A DNA stretch of 64,000 nt from Candidatus Endomicrobiellum meruensis (GCA_031282625.1 JAITDI010000009.1:988-64987); one strand, 5' to 3'. Shown: positions 1 through 9,450, counted from the first letter of the stretch. Program-made: numbers and translations. The notes: a model not told the origin generated them from the sequence alone.

Positions 1-162
1 TGCCTCTTGCGTTAATGCCAATCCATTCTTACGGTAAAACAACACCTTTTTTCGCGCTTTTTGGCTATCCATCCTATCTATTTCCGTTTTTCTAATCGCC
101 CTTTCTAACGCATTGCTTACTTTTGTTCTTTGCAATTTGTAAAACTTATTCAAATACTGCAT
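1..162 (-). CDS. hypothetical protein, N-terminal part only (gene runs off the left edge)
   Basis: Own translation of the minus strand from ATG at 162-160 gives MQYLNKFYKLQRTKVSNALERAIRKTEIDRMDSQKARKKVLFYRKNGLALTQEA. The 54 codons stay open to the window edge. It is absent from the ORF track because there is no stop in the window. No clear RBS. Confidence 0.3.
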   Translation of the reverse strand, partial: MQYLNKFYKLQRTKVSNALERAIRKTEIDRMDSQKARKKVLFYRKNGLALTQEA

Positions 163-189
163 ATTGGCTACTCTGATTTTTACTAAAAG

Positions 190-214
190 AAAAAAAGGGC
201 GAACGCCCTTTTTC
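190..214. terminator. bidirectional rho-independent terminator
   Basis: A-run, GGGCG (197-201), aa, CGCCC (204-208), then a T-run. It lies downstream of the minus-strand genes that end at 352. Confidence 0.6.
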
Positions 215-351
215 TGGGTAGCTTATTCTTTCACATCAGTCCAATATAATATCTTTGAACTTTTACAGCTTTTTAAACTATTTGTTACTTCAAAATTAAA
301 AGCCCTACAGTCAGAATATTTAAGTTTGTTTACTCTAAATATCGCCTTACA

Positions 352-686
352 TCATAGTCCTTTTTCTTCGTTACATATAGCTTCTGCTGCATCTGCAGCA
401 GCATCTTTTTCAGAACAAGTTCTATCTAGTGTTCCGTCATGACAGATTTCGTTGGCAGTGTCACAGATAATATCTACATCACGACAAAGCCATTCTGCAT
501 GGGTTTTATCTGCTTCTTTTTTTGCTCTTTCACAGGTATCTCTAGCAGGATAACATCTATTATGCATAATGTCGCTACACTTGTTCATAAGAGCAAGACA
601 TTTATCGTTGGCAACTCTCCATGAAGCCCATGCTGCATCACACCAAAGACATAACTTAACGTAAATACTAAAATCAACTTTTTCAT
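352..686 (-). pseudogene. small secreted cysteine-rich protein split by a frameshift
   Basis: ATG at 686-684 behind RBS ggaggg gives the signal-peptide-like MKKLILVFTLSYVFGV..., but this frame stops at 585. The 78-aa Cys-rich ORF 352..588 is open upstream to 687 in another frame (..CLWCDAAWASWRVANDKCLAL-MNKCSD..) with no start codon there. Confidence 0.4.
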
Positions 687-687
687 T

Positions 688-1329
688 TCAGCCCTCCATT
701 TTTCCCCTATTTTGTTTATAGATTTTTGTTCTTTTTTTTACTCTTGTAAAAATATTATCCCCCTCTCTAATAATTTGCATTTTAGGCACATAAATATCAT
801 ATGCGGCTTTACGTTGCGTATATGCGACCTCCCTGCGTTTTTTCATCTTCTTAAGGCATTCGCGAGCTTTGGCTATCTTTTTATCAGAACCGGTTTTACT
901 AATCTTACAGTTTCTATCCGCTTTAGCTACGTTATAAATCGCACAATGTTCTGCTTCAACTGCCTTTTGGTCTGCCTTTATCGCTCTTATGTAAGCTCTG
1001 TATGCAGATTCTATATCTTTTCTTTGCACTTTAGACATTTCTGGATAATAATCTTCTTTGAAACCTTCAAAACGTTTTTCTTCGACTAGGATGTTTGTTC
1101 TATTAGAAGTTTTAACAGCCTTTTTATATGTTTTATAGGCTTCGCACACTTCTTTTATTTCTATGTCTTTATCTTGACATTTGGAGGAAAACTCATAAAA
1201 AGCCTCATGAGCTATTCGCGATTGTTCGTTTGCCCTTATAGCGTATCCCGATTCGCTTGCAGCTACATGTAACGTTACAATTGAAATCAAACAAAAAACT
1301 ATCAGCAAATTTAATTTTATGTTGAACAT
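688..1329 (-). CDS. exported Lys/Glu/Ala-rich protein of unknown function
   Basis: 213-aa ORF with signal peptide MFNIKLNLLIVFCLISIVTLHVAAS. The body is helical-looking with recurring C..AY..Y motifs. Its stop lies 1 nt before the next ATG. Confidence 0.7.
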   Translation of the reverse strand: MFNIKLNLLIVFCLISIVTLHVAASESGYAIRANEQSRIAHEAFYEFSSKCQDKDIEIKEVCEAYKTYKKAVKTSNRTNILVEEKRFEGFKEDYYPEMSKVQRKDIESAYRAYIRAIKADQKAVEAEHCAIYNVAKADRNCKISKTGSDKKIAKARECLKKMKKRREVAYTQRKAAYDIYVPKMQIIREGDNIFTRVKKRTKIYKQNRGKMEG

Positions 1330-1784
1330 AAAGTTGTCCTTTTTTCCATCTGTTCCGTAGCGGCAAACTTAATATCTACTTCTTCAAACTTGTCTCATGT
1401 TAAGCAGAGTTTGCTAACAGATGGATTATATATAAGTACGCTGATATTGTCAAAGTAAGTTATTATATGCCTGATTTTTTGTTGTTTTTGCTTCTTTCTT
1501 TCCTACAAACCCTTTGTAATGCCTTTTAAACAATGTAGAGGTTCATAGCATGATAATACTATGAAACTAAGCAATGAAATTGTATAGGATAACAAAAACG
1601 TTGCACTTTTAATAAGAGCAATGTTTACCATACAATAAACCTAGGGTCTCTAAAATGTGAAATTTTTGCTAAACTTTAGAGTCATGAACTCTCAGCAAAA
1701 AATTGTACAAGTTATTATTTATTGTGTATCATTATGGCATCAAAAGACAATAAGAAACGCAAATAAACACACAAGGAGAATATC

Positions 1785-2594
1785 GTGAATTTCTCTATAA
1801 GGCAATCTTTGCAAACCTCTTTCCAAGTTTTTTGCCAAAACATTTTTAAAGTTATCTTTTTGTCGGCATTGTCTGTTTTATTTCTTACGCTAATTCAAGT
1901 TTTGTCGGCATTTATAACAGTAACGGGCTTTAAAGATTTTTCAGTAGCTCAATTTTCGTCAGTTCCACCTGTCTCAAAAGGTAGTCTTTTTCTGTTCATT
2001 TTATTTAGAGATGCGTTGTTTTCGCTGCAAGCGCTGGTATTGTTGTTTTTAACAAATGCTTTTTTGCCTGCGTTTAAAGGTCATAAAGTTAAATTAAAAA
2101 ATTATTTCCCAGGGTTTAAAAAGATATGTTTATTTATTGTAGGAGTGGCTTTACTTCTTGTTATCCCTACGGTAGGTTCTCTATTGTCCACGTTTGTCCC
2201 TAATTATGAAGCGCTTCAGTTAACTCTTTCAGCTATAACTGTGGTTTTTTCTATTATGCTGTTTAGATATTTCTTTTTCTATATTGAATTATTGGCTGGC
2301 TGCCCTCTTTTTACGTCGTTTAAAAGCAGCTCAATGGCTACAAAAGGTAACTTCTTCAGGATAGCATTTGTAATTATTGCGGCAATGCTTATAAATTTGC
2401 TCATTCTACTTTCAGTAAATTTCTTCGGAATTATAATAAGCATATTCATATTGTTTACTTTGCCTATGACTGTGTTAATTTTTGCAAATGTTTACAGCCA
2501 GTTAACAAAAAGTACTTCTGAAGATTTTTCTCAGAGAAAAGCCTTGCGTATTGAAGATGAAATTATGGAAGGTACGGAAAAAGAACTGATATAA
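1785..2594 (+). CDS. multi-pass integral membrane protein, unknown function
   Basis: 269-aa ORF with a GTG start 5 nt after the aaggaga RBS. Several long hydrophobic segments run throughout. Confidence 0.7.
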   Translation: MNFSIRQSLQTSFQVFCQNIFKVIFLSALSVLFLTLIQVLSAFITVTGFKDFSVAQFSSVPPVSKGSLFLFILFRDALFSLQALVLLFLTNAFLPAFKGHKVKLKNYFPGFKKICLFIVGVALLLVIPTVGSLLSTFVPNYEALQLTLSAITVVFSIMLFRYFFFYIELLAGCPLFTSFKSSSMATKGNFFRIAFVIIAAMLINLLILLSVNFFGIIISIFILFTLPMTVLIFANVYSQLTKSTSEDFSQRKALRIEDEIMEGTEKELI

Positions 2595-2606
2595 CGGAGG
2601 GACAAT

Positions 2607-3374
2607 ATGGACGAGAATAAACTTATTGCCGTAGTTGGAGTTTCTGAAAATCCGGACAAGTTCGGCTATAAAATTTTCAACGATTTGCTTGGCGCAGGAT
2701 TTAAAGCCTTAGCAGTCGGTATTAGAGGAGGAAGTGTCGCCGGGCAAACAATATATAAATCTTTAAAAGATTTGCCGTCAAAGCCCGACATAGTTTTAAC
2801 TGTTGTTCCTCCGATAGGCACAGACAAAACAGTTGATGACGCTATAGAGCTTGGAATAAAAGAAGTTTGGATGCAGCCGGGATCTGTGTCTGAGACAGCG
2901 GTAAAAAAAGCAAAAACTGTAGGAATGAAAGTTATAGACCATGGATGTTTTATGGTTGCCCACGGAGTTTGGCAGAGTATTAACATGCAGATAAAGAAAA
3001 AACTGTACGTAATAGACAGTGTGGAAACGAATAATTTTAACGACTCACAAATAATGCTGAAAATAGGCGGACTTTGGCAAAAAGTGACGAACGCTTTACC
3101 TAAAGATTATGTCAAATACGGAGTATATCATAATTACGAGAGTGATTTTAAAGGAAAGTATACTCTAAGTGTAGCAATAGAAGAAGGTAATGGAAGTGTG
3201 CCATTAGAAATTGATGGGGAGTATAAGGTTTTTGACGTTGACACGACTGTTAAAAATTCTATTGCTAAAACTTGGGAAAAAATTTGGAAGATGCCCATAA
3301 GAAGGGCATACTCTTTTGATTTTGAACAGTATAATCCAGACGGAACAATTCAAATATATATTGCGGTCAAATAA
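2607..3374 (+). CDS. CoA-binding domain protein fused to a GyrI-like/effector-binding domain
   Basis: The N-terminal ~125 aa match the CoA-binding (YccU-like) pattern: IAVVGVSENPDKFGY..DIVLTVVPP..IKEVWMQPG. The C-terminal ~125 aa match the GyrI-like/Cass2 pattern: YGVYHNYE..YKVFDV..WEKIW..DFEQY..IQIYIAV. RBS ggaggg. Confidence 0.75.
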   Translation: MDENKLIAVVGVSENPDKFGYKIFNDLLGAGFKALAVGIRGGSVAGQTIYKSLKDLPSKPDIVLTVVPPIGTDKTVDDAIELGIKEVWMQPGSVSETAVKKAKTVGMKVIDHGCFMVAHGVWQSINMQIKKKLYVIDSVETNNFNDSQIMLKIGGLWQKVTNALPKDYVKYGVYHNYESDFKGKYTLSVAIEEGNGSVPLEIDGEYKVFDVDTTVKNSIAKTWEKIWKMPIRRAYSFDFEQYNPDGTIQIYIAVK

Positions 3375-3396
3375 AATAAATGTTATTAGAGAAAGT

Positions 3397-4065
3397 ATGT
3401 TTAACGGATTTAAAGCAGTATTTTTTGATATGGATGGAATTATTATAGACTCTATGCCGTATCATTGTATCTCTTGGTTTGAGGCATTGAGAAAGTATGG
3501 CGTACACTTAAGTCCTATGCTTATTTTTCAAATGGAAGGCGCCAAATGGATTGAAATTGTAAATCCTGCTTTTATTCAATCAAATAAAAAGCTAACTCCA
3601 GAAATTATAAAAGCAATACCTTATGAAAGAGAGGAATTGTTAAAGAAATATTTCAAAAGATATATTTTTGATGGGATACCTGAATTTATAAAATTATTGA
3701 AAAATAAAGGAGTTTTAGTTGGTCTTGTGACAGGTTCTTATTACAGGGAAGCTCAGAACATCTTGCCTAAAGAAGTGTTTGATTTATTTGGTACTGTTGT
3801 TGCTGGGGATTGCGTAACAAGAGGAAAACCAGACCCTGAACCATACTTAACTGCAGCAAAAAGTTTAAAAGTTGATCCTAAAGAATGTTTAGTTATAGAA
3901 AATGCTCCTTATGGTATCAAATCCGCAAAATTTGCTGGAATGACGTGCTATGCCGTAGCAACGAGCTTGTCAAAAGAATATCTTCGCCAAGCTGATAAAA
4001 TTTTTGAAACCCATGAAGAATTATATAAAAAGGTATGTACAATAATAGATAACGTTAAAAAATAA
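3397..4065 (+). CDS. HAD-superfamily hydrolase (beta-phosphoglucomutase-like, subfamily IA)
   Basis: DMDGIIIDS motif I, GLVTGS motif II and ENAPYGIKSAKFAGM motif III/IV. I chose the ATG at 3397 (MFNGFKAVFFDMDG) because the track start at 3316 overlaps the previous gene. Confidence 0.85.
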   Translation: MFNGFKAVFFDMDGIIIDSMPYHCISWFEALRKYGVHLSPMLIFQMEGAKWIEIVNPAFIQSNKKLTPEIIKAIPYEREELLKKYFKRYIFDGIPEFIKLLKNKGVLVGLVTGSYYREAQNILPKEVFDLFGTVVAGDCVTRGKPDPEPYLTAAKSLKVDPKECLVIENAPYGIKSAKFAGMTCYAVATSLSKEYLRQADKIFETHEELYKKVCTIIDNVKK

Positions 4066-4162
4066 TTATGAATAAAATTAAGATTTTTATTTTATTGCTA
4101 TGAATTCTTTTTATGCAATGTAATAGTTAGAAAATATTTTGTTGATATTGTATTGAGGGCAT

Positions 4163-5029
4163 ATGAACTTATGGAATAATGATGAGGAACTGAAGTTTTT
4201 TAAGACTGCTTTAGCAAACTACGCTGCTCCAGAAAAATTATTTTACCAATTGGATTCAGGTTATTATGCTTACATTCCAAAAAACTATAATACACAAAAT
4301 CAAACTTTGCAATCAAGAAATTCTTTGATAGGACGATTTACTGAAAAATGGGCAAGAAATATTTTTGAACCAATAGCTAAGAAAAATGGATTATATGCTG
4401 TCAATGGAGTTGAATGCGCAGAAATAGGTCTTTCTAAAAAATCTGAGGCAGATTTAGCATTTTGTACTACCAGTTCTAATAAGCAAACAGCTAATAATGT
4501 AAAGCTTATTTTTGAAATAAAGATGAGTATAGTTTCAAACTATAAATATGTTACTTCTGGCGACATAAAATTTGTTGGTGATTATAAAACACATAAAGGC
4601 ACTCCGTCGCTTTTACGATCTGATTCAATGTTAAAAGCTATTGGAAAGGCTATAAATATCAGAGTTTCAAGTATGAGTTCTGCAAACATTCCAATCATTG
4701 TGTTGGGAAATAGCCCAATTACTAAAAATTATGAACATAAAGTTGATTTTCTTAAAACAAGAGGGGTAGTACAGGGATTTTGGTCATTGAATCCTCTTCC
4801 AACTGATGATAGAGATTATATTGATAAGACCATAAATAGGGGTTTTGTGACAATAAAAAGTTATAGCATTTTACAAAATTATGTTGGAGAATTATTAAGA
4901 AATGAAATGAATTATTTTTCGTCCATGCTCTCAAAATCAAAGCTCGGAGACTGTATCCGTATTGCTGATCAAGAAAGTTCCAATGAAGCAAAAGCTGAAA
5001 AGTTTTTAGAGTTAATAAGAGGTTTATAA
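4163..5029 (+). CDS. putative type II restriction endonuclease (PD-(D/E)xK)
   Basis: 288-aa ORF ending on the start of a DNA methyltransferase gene (1-nt overlap). Candidate catalytic motif SEADLAF...(20 aa)...IFEIKMS. RBS gaggg. Confidence 0.6.
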   Translation: MNLWNNDEELKFFKTALANYAAPEKLFYQLDSGYYAYIPKNYNTQNQTLQSRNSLIGRFTEKWARNIFEPIAKKNGLYAVNGVECAEIGLSKKSEADLAFCTTSSNKQTANNVKLIFEIKMSIVSNYKYVTSGDIKFVGDYKTHKGTPSLLRSDSMLKAIGKAINIRVSSMSSANIPIIVLGNSPITKNYEHKVDFLKTRGVVQGFWSLNPLPTDDRDYIDKTINRGFVTIKSYSILQNYVGELLRNEMNYFSSMLSKSKLGDCIRIADQESSNEAKAEKFLELIRGL

Positions 5030-5922
5030 TGCGGAGATATAAGACAGAAGGAACAAAAACTAGCTCTTTTGGAACTAATGGCAGAATTAATCACGACTCA
5101 TCTAAGTTTTACAATTCAAGACTTTATAAAGATTTAAACTGTAACAGAAAACCTCTAAAAGAAACAAATAGTTTCCCTAAAAATTATTTGAACAAGATAA
5201 TTCTTGGTTCGTGTACCAATATGAAAAAGATTCCAGGCAATTCCTTACATTTAATGATAACATCGCCTCCGTACAATGTCTCAAAAGAATATGATGAAGA
5301 TTTATCATTAAAGGAATATCTGGAACTTTTGAAAGAGTCATTTACGGAAGTTTATAGGGTACTAGTGAACGGTGGTAGAGCTTGCATTAATGTTGCAAAT
5401 CTTGGAAGAAAACCATATATACCACTTTCTGATTATGTATCTAAGATTATGATAGATATTGGGTTTAACATGAGAGGGGAAATAATATGGGATAAAGCTT
5501 CAAGTGCTAGTCCTTCAACCGCGTGGGGAAGCTGGTTAAGCGCTGCTAATCCTATTCTAAGAGATGTCCACGAGTATATTTTGATATTTTCAAAAGGCGA
5601 ATATAAAAGAGACAGAACAAAAAAGGAACTACAATTTAAAGACAATACAATGACGAAGGATCAATTTATGGAGTGGACAAAATCAATTTGGGTTATGAAA
5701 GCTGAAAGTGCTAAGCGCGTTGGTCACCCAGCGCCATTTCCTTTAGAATTGCCAAGCAGACTAATACATCTTTATTCATTTACTGGCGATATTATTTTAG
5801 ACCCATTCATGGGCAGCGGAACAACTGCTATTGCCGCCATTAAAGCAAAAAGAAATTTTGTAGGATATGAGATTAATGAAAAATATGTAAATCTAGCAAA
5901 TAAAAGAATATCAGCTCTATAG
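5029..5922 (+). CDS. DNA methyltransferase, beta-class N4/N6 family (SPPY type)
   Basis: Motif IV is TSPPYN. It precedes the C-terminal motif I, DPFMGSGTT, and the HPAPFPLELP segment. This is the beta-class order typical of the N6_N4 MTase family. Confidence 0.9.
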   Translation: MRRYKTEGTKTSSFGTNGRINHDSSKFYNSRLYKDLNCNRKPLKETNSFPKNYLNKIILGSCTNMKKIPGNSLHLMITSPPYNVSKEYDEDLSLKEYLELLKESFTEVYRVLVNGGRACINVANLGRKPYIPLSDYVSKIMIDIGFNMRGEIIWDKASSASPSTAWGSWLSAANPILRDVHEYILIFSKGEYKRDRTKKELQFKDNTMTKDQFMEWTKSIWVMKAESAKRVGHPAPFPLELPSRLIHLYSFTGDIILDPFMGSGTTAIAAIKAKRNFVGYEINEKYVNLANKRISAL

Positions 5923-5989
5923 TTTTTTGTAATTGTTTTGCTATGCAAAAAGAATATAGCATTAAATACCAAAAGTGAGCGGGTGGCTT

Positions 5990-7342
5990 ATGAAAAAAAT
6001 TAGCAGAGGATTTGTTTATTTTTTTGGAGCTTTGGGCGGACTTCTTTTTGGATATGACACGGGGGTTATATCGGGAGCGATACTGTTCATCAAAAATGAT
6101 ATGTCATTGAGTTCTTTCTCTCAAGGAGTTGTAGTAAGTGCTATACTGTTAGGAGCTATTATTGGCGCAGCAGTTATAGGTTTGTTGTCGGATAAATATG
6201 GACGCAGAAGCATGGTTCTGCTTTCAGCCGTAATCTTTGCATTGGGTTCAATTTGTTCATCCTTAGCAAACAATGTAGTAATATTAACAATTTCAAGAAT
6301 AGTTCTCGGAACTGCTGTTGGGGGTGCTTCTGCATTGGTGCCTTTATATTTGGCAGAAATGGCTCCTGCTAAGTATAGAGGGACTCTTTCAACTTTAAAT
6401 CAATTAATGATCACAATAGGTATTTTGTCGGCATATATTGTTAATTTGGCATTTGCAAATTATCCGTATGGATGGCGTATAATGCTCGGGTTTGCAGTTC
6501 TTCCTGCCGTGCTATTGTTTATAGGTACTTTGTATTTGCCGGAAAGCCCCAGATGGCTTATAAGTAAAAATTTAGAAGACAAAGCCTATGAGATTTTAAA
6601 AGCTGTCAGAAGTAACTCTGAACCTAACGAAATAGACGAAGAAATATCTGAAATTAAAGAAGCAAATGTTAAAGAAAACGGCGGGTTTAAGGATTTAATG
6701 CAAAAGTGGGTTAGACCTGCGCTGATTATAGGTATAGGACTTGCCGTGTTTCAACAGCTTATAGGAATAAACACCGTTATTTATTATGCTCCGACGATTT
6801 TTTCAAATATAGGTCTTGGCGAAATTTCTGCAATTTTAAGTACTGTTGGAATAGGTGTTTTAAATGTTCTAGTTACTATACTTGCTTTGTTTATTATGGA
6901 TAAAATTGACCGCAAAAAAATGCTCATTATGGGAAGTTTAGGTATGGCTGTCTCTTTGTTTCTATTATGCATAGTTTCGCAGTTTCATATAGCAAATAAC
7001 AATATTTTGGGCTATATTACGTTGGCTTTTCTGTGCATATATATTTTTTTCTTTGCCCTTACTTGGGGTCATGTTATGTGGATAATGATAGGTGAAGTTT
7101 TTCCTCTTAAAGTGAGAGGGTTTGGCGCAGGTGTTAGCAGTGTTGCCAACTGGACAGCAAACTTGGCAGTTGCTTTAGTATTCCCGTTTTTCTTTGAAAA
7201 GATAGGTAATATATTGTTTCTTTTCTTTGCAATCATGGCTGCTTTGTCAATATTATTCATAAAGAATAAAGTTTTTGAAACACGAGGGAAATCATTGGAA
7301 GCTATAGAAATAATGCTGTATAAAAAATCAAAAGCTATTTAA
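5990..7342 (+). CDS. MFS sugar porter family transporter
   Basis: Twelve hydrophobic helices; GRR-type loop (DKYGRRSM), PESPRWL motif and a C-terminal ETRGKSLE motif. ATG at 5990 (MKKISRGF) preferred over the GTG at 5975. Confidence 0.9.
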   Translation: MKKISRGFVYFFGALGGLLFGYDTGVISGAILFIKNDMSLSSFSQGVVVSAILLGAIIGAAVIGLLSDKYGRRSMVLLSAVIFALGSICSSLANNVVILTISRIVLGTAVGGASALVPLYLAEMAPAKYRGTLSTLNQLMITIGILSAYIVNLAFANYPYGWRIMLGFAVLPAVLLFIGTLYLPESPRWLISKNLEDKAYEILKAVRSNSEPNEIDEEISEIKEANVKENGGFKDLMQKWVRPALIIGIGLAVFQQLIGINTVIYYAPTIFSNIGLGEISAILSTVGIGVLNVLVTILALFIMDKIDRKKMLIMGSLGMAVSLFLLCIVSQFHIANNNILGYITLAFLCIYIFFFALTWGHVMWIMIGEVFPLKVRGFGAGVSSVANWTANLAVALVFPFFFEKIGNILFLFFAIMAALSILFIKNKVFETRGKSLEAIEIMLYKKSKAI

Positions 7343-7367
7343 TTCAATCAAGTTTGAAGGATTTTAA

Positions 7368-8075
7368 ATGAGTAAAGCTACCGTAGACGAAATAAGAACA
7401 AGATTTGATAATGATGTTGAGAGATTTTCAAATTTTAATATTGGGCAGGATTCATTGGTAGATGCGAAACTTTCTTTGGAAATTGTTACGGAATCTGCAA
7501 AAAGACTTGTTCCTAATGCTGTGAATTTGCTTGATGTTGGCAGTGGAGCGGGAAACTATACGCTGAAAATGCTTTCTAAAGTTCCAAATTTAAATTGTAC
7601 GCTTGTAGATTTAAGCAAGCCAATGTTAGATAAGGCTTTTGAAAGAATTTCTAAGCAAACGAAAGGAAAAATTACAGCTATACAATCTGATATTAGAACT
7701 GTAAACTTAGAGAAAGGCTTTTTTGATATTGTTTTGTCAGGCGCAGCATTACATCATTTGAGAGATAAGTCCGACTGGGAAAACGTATTTGGCAAGATGT
7801 ACAGAACGCTAAAGCCAAAGGGGTGTTTGATAATTTCGGATTTGATTTTTCAAAACAGTAAGCTGTTGACGGAGTACATGTTTGAAATGTACTCCAATTA
7901 TTTGAATAGAGTTGGTGGAGAAAAATTTTACCAAGATGTTCTTGATAAGATTGAAAAAGAAGATACACCAAGAGCATTAGATTATCAATTAGATTTGATG
8001 AAAAAGGTTGGGTTTAGCACTGTAGAAGTATTGCATAAGAACATGTGCTTTGCAGTTTTTGGAGCAATTAAATAA
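7368..8075 (+). CDS. class I SAM-dependent methyltransferase
   Basis: SAM-binding motif LLDVGSGAGNYT, plus LSGAALHHL and LKPKGCLIISD. Confidence 0.8.
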   Translation: MSKATVDEIRTRFDNDVERFSNFNIGQDSLVDAKLSLEIVTESAKRLVPNAVNLLDVGSGAGNYTLKMLSKVPNLNCTLVDLSKPMLDKAFERISKQTKGKITAIQSDIRTVNLEKGFFDIVLSGAALHHLRDKSDWENVFGKMYRTLKPKGCLIISDLIFQNSKLLTEYMFEMYSNYLNRVGGEKFYQDVLDKIEKEDTPRALDYQLDLMKKVGFSTVEVLHKNMCFAVFGAIK

Positions 8076-8084
8076 TTCACTATG

Positions 8085-8100
8085 TGTTTCACGTGAAACA
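8085..8100. promoter_or_regulatory. parS centromere-like site (perfect palindrome)
   Basis: TGTTTCACGTGAAACA equals the canonical ParB-binding parS consensus. Confidence 0.85.
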
Positions 8101-8324
8101 CACAGAAGTAAGACTGAATTTGAAAATATTTACGTAAGTCTCCACCAGTGGAGTAGTGAGTAAAACCTTTTATTTCCCCGGTAATCTTAGGTTCTATAAA
8201 CATTGAACCTGAACGTTTAAGCACTGTTTTTATAGAAATGTAAAATCGCTTTAAGGTTTAACTCAGGTGCTATTTGAGTTTAGGTAGTAATTTTTCGTAA
8301 GAAAAAAGAAAAGGGGAGAGTTTT

Positions 8325-8741
8325 ATGAACAGTAAAAGATTTACAGCAAGATTGTTTTCAGTTGTAATGACAATTTGTTTAGTATCAGGACTTTCCTTTG
8401 GGTTAGGTAAAGAAGTTCAGAGTCTTTCAAACAGTACGCATATATGTCATGAATCAATTATTAACAGAATTATGTGTCCTTTTCCTTTTGCCGCTTTCCA
8501 CGAAATGCCAGTCAAAAAGGCATTTATAGGAACAGGCGCTTGGCTTTTCGCAAACAGAAAACCAGTACATGGTGTTATCAGCGTATTTGTTGGTTGGGGT
8601 CTTGGCACAGTTCAAAAGATAGGGTATGGTATTTTAAAAGAAGAGTATGGCAAACAGTATAGTCAATGGGTAGACAAAAATTTTCCTCGTTATTATTACA
8701 CAAAGAGAACAAATATTAGTTCTAGTGAAACTGAGTTGTAG
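8325..8741 (+). CDS. small exported protein, unknown function
   Basis: 138-aa ORF behind RBS aggggag, with an N-terminal signal/anchor (FSVVMTICLVSGLSFGLG). The overlapping 62-aa ORF 8474..8662 is treated as spurious. Confidence 0.6.
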   Translation: MNSKRFTARLFSVVMTICLVSGLSFGLGKEVQSLSNSTHICHESIINRIMCPFPFAAFHEMPVKKAFIGTGAWLFANRKPVHGVISVFVGWGLGTVQKIGYGILKEEYGKQYSQWVDKNFPRYYYTKRTNISSSETEL

Positions 8742-8771
8742 TCTATTTTATATATAAAATTTTGTATTTTA

Positions 8772-8802
8772 CTTAGGTGCATATTAAAAATATGCGACTA
8801 AG
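8772..8802. repeat. imperfect hairpin CTTAGGTGCATATT-aaa-AATATGCGACTAAG
   Basis: 14-nt arms: 12 Watson-Crick pairs, 1 G-U and 1 mismatch by hand pairing. It lies 30 nt after the stop at 8741 and shares the cttagg...ctaag stem base with the hairpin at 9481. Confidence 0.6.
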
Positions 8803-9066
8803 GGATGCTTAAAAGATTTTGTATCTTAAATTTTATATACCCAAGCATTTCAACACTTCAATCAAAAAATATCCAGTATTAAATCCATTATATTGAGAAA
8901 CTTTCCAAAAAATTCCTTAAATTGATCTCAGGATGTATATAAATATCTTTTCAGATTTCACAAAAAAATAACATTAGGATAATATGTTTTGTCTTTTAGA
9001 ATCTATACTATTATAAAGCAAGCATATTTATTTAATATAAAATAGAAAAAAATTATTTCTGTAGTA

Positions 9067-9450
9067 ATGAGTATAGTACTGTTGTCGTCAGTATCTTTTG
9101 CTCAAGCCAACATTTGGGGCGATGGTGAAAATTTTTTTTCAGCTAATGTTCCGTCTCAAAAAAGTTCTATCTCATTAAAAAAAGTCGCAGGCTTTTTAAC
9201 TGGAGGTCTAGTTATTTCTGCAATAGCTGCGTATTCATATATTACCAGGAATCAACCTGTTCCTATGTATAATTACTTGACTAACAAAATGATGCCTGAA
9301 GGATGTATCGCTCGTTCTATTATTGGCGGATATTCTGATTGGACATGGACTAGACGTTATGACGAAGATTATCAAGTCAATGATGCCATGGTTGCTCGAT
9401 TTGTTGATACTATTCAAAAACTTCAGGCAGCTGGACAACCTATTAGGTAG
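9067..9450 (+). CDS. small exported/membrane-anchored protein, unknown function
   Basis: 127-aa ORF with a short signal-like N-terminus (MSIVLLSSVSFAQA) and one internal TM (GFLTGGLVISAIAAYSYI). The RBS is weak, and the in-frame upstream KKIISVV has no start codon. Confidence 0.5.
   Translation: MSIVLLSSVSFAQANIWGDGENFFSANVPSQKSSISLKKVAGFLTGGLVISAIAAYSYITRNQPVPMYNYLTNKMMPEGCIARSIIGGYSDWTWTRRYDEDYQVNDAMVARFVDTIQKLQAAGQPIR

Noticed and set aside
164-1089. Plus-strand ORFs 164..442, 439..624 and 712..1089
   Set aside because: They overlap, in antisense, the minus-strand secreted-protein genes that have signal peptides and RBSs. The first also runs through the bidirectional terminator at 190-214. 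Their composition looks like antisense artefact.
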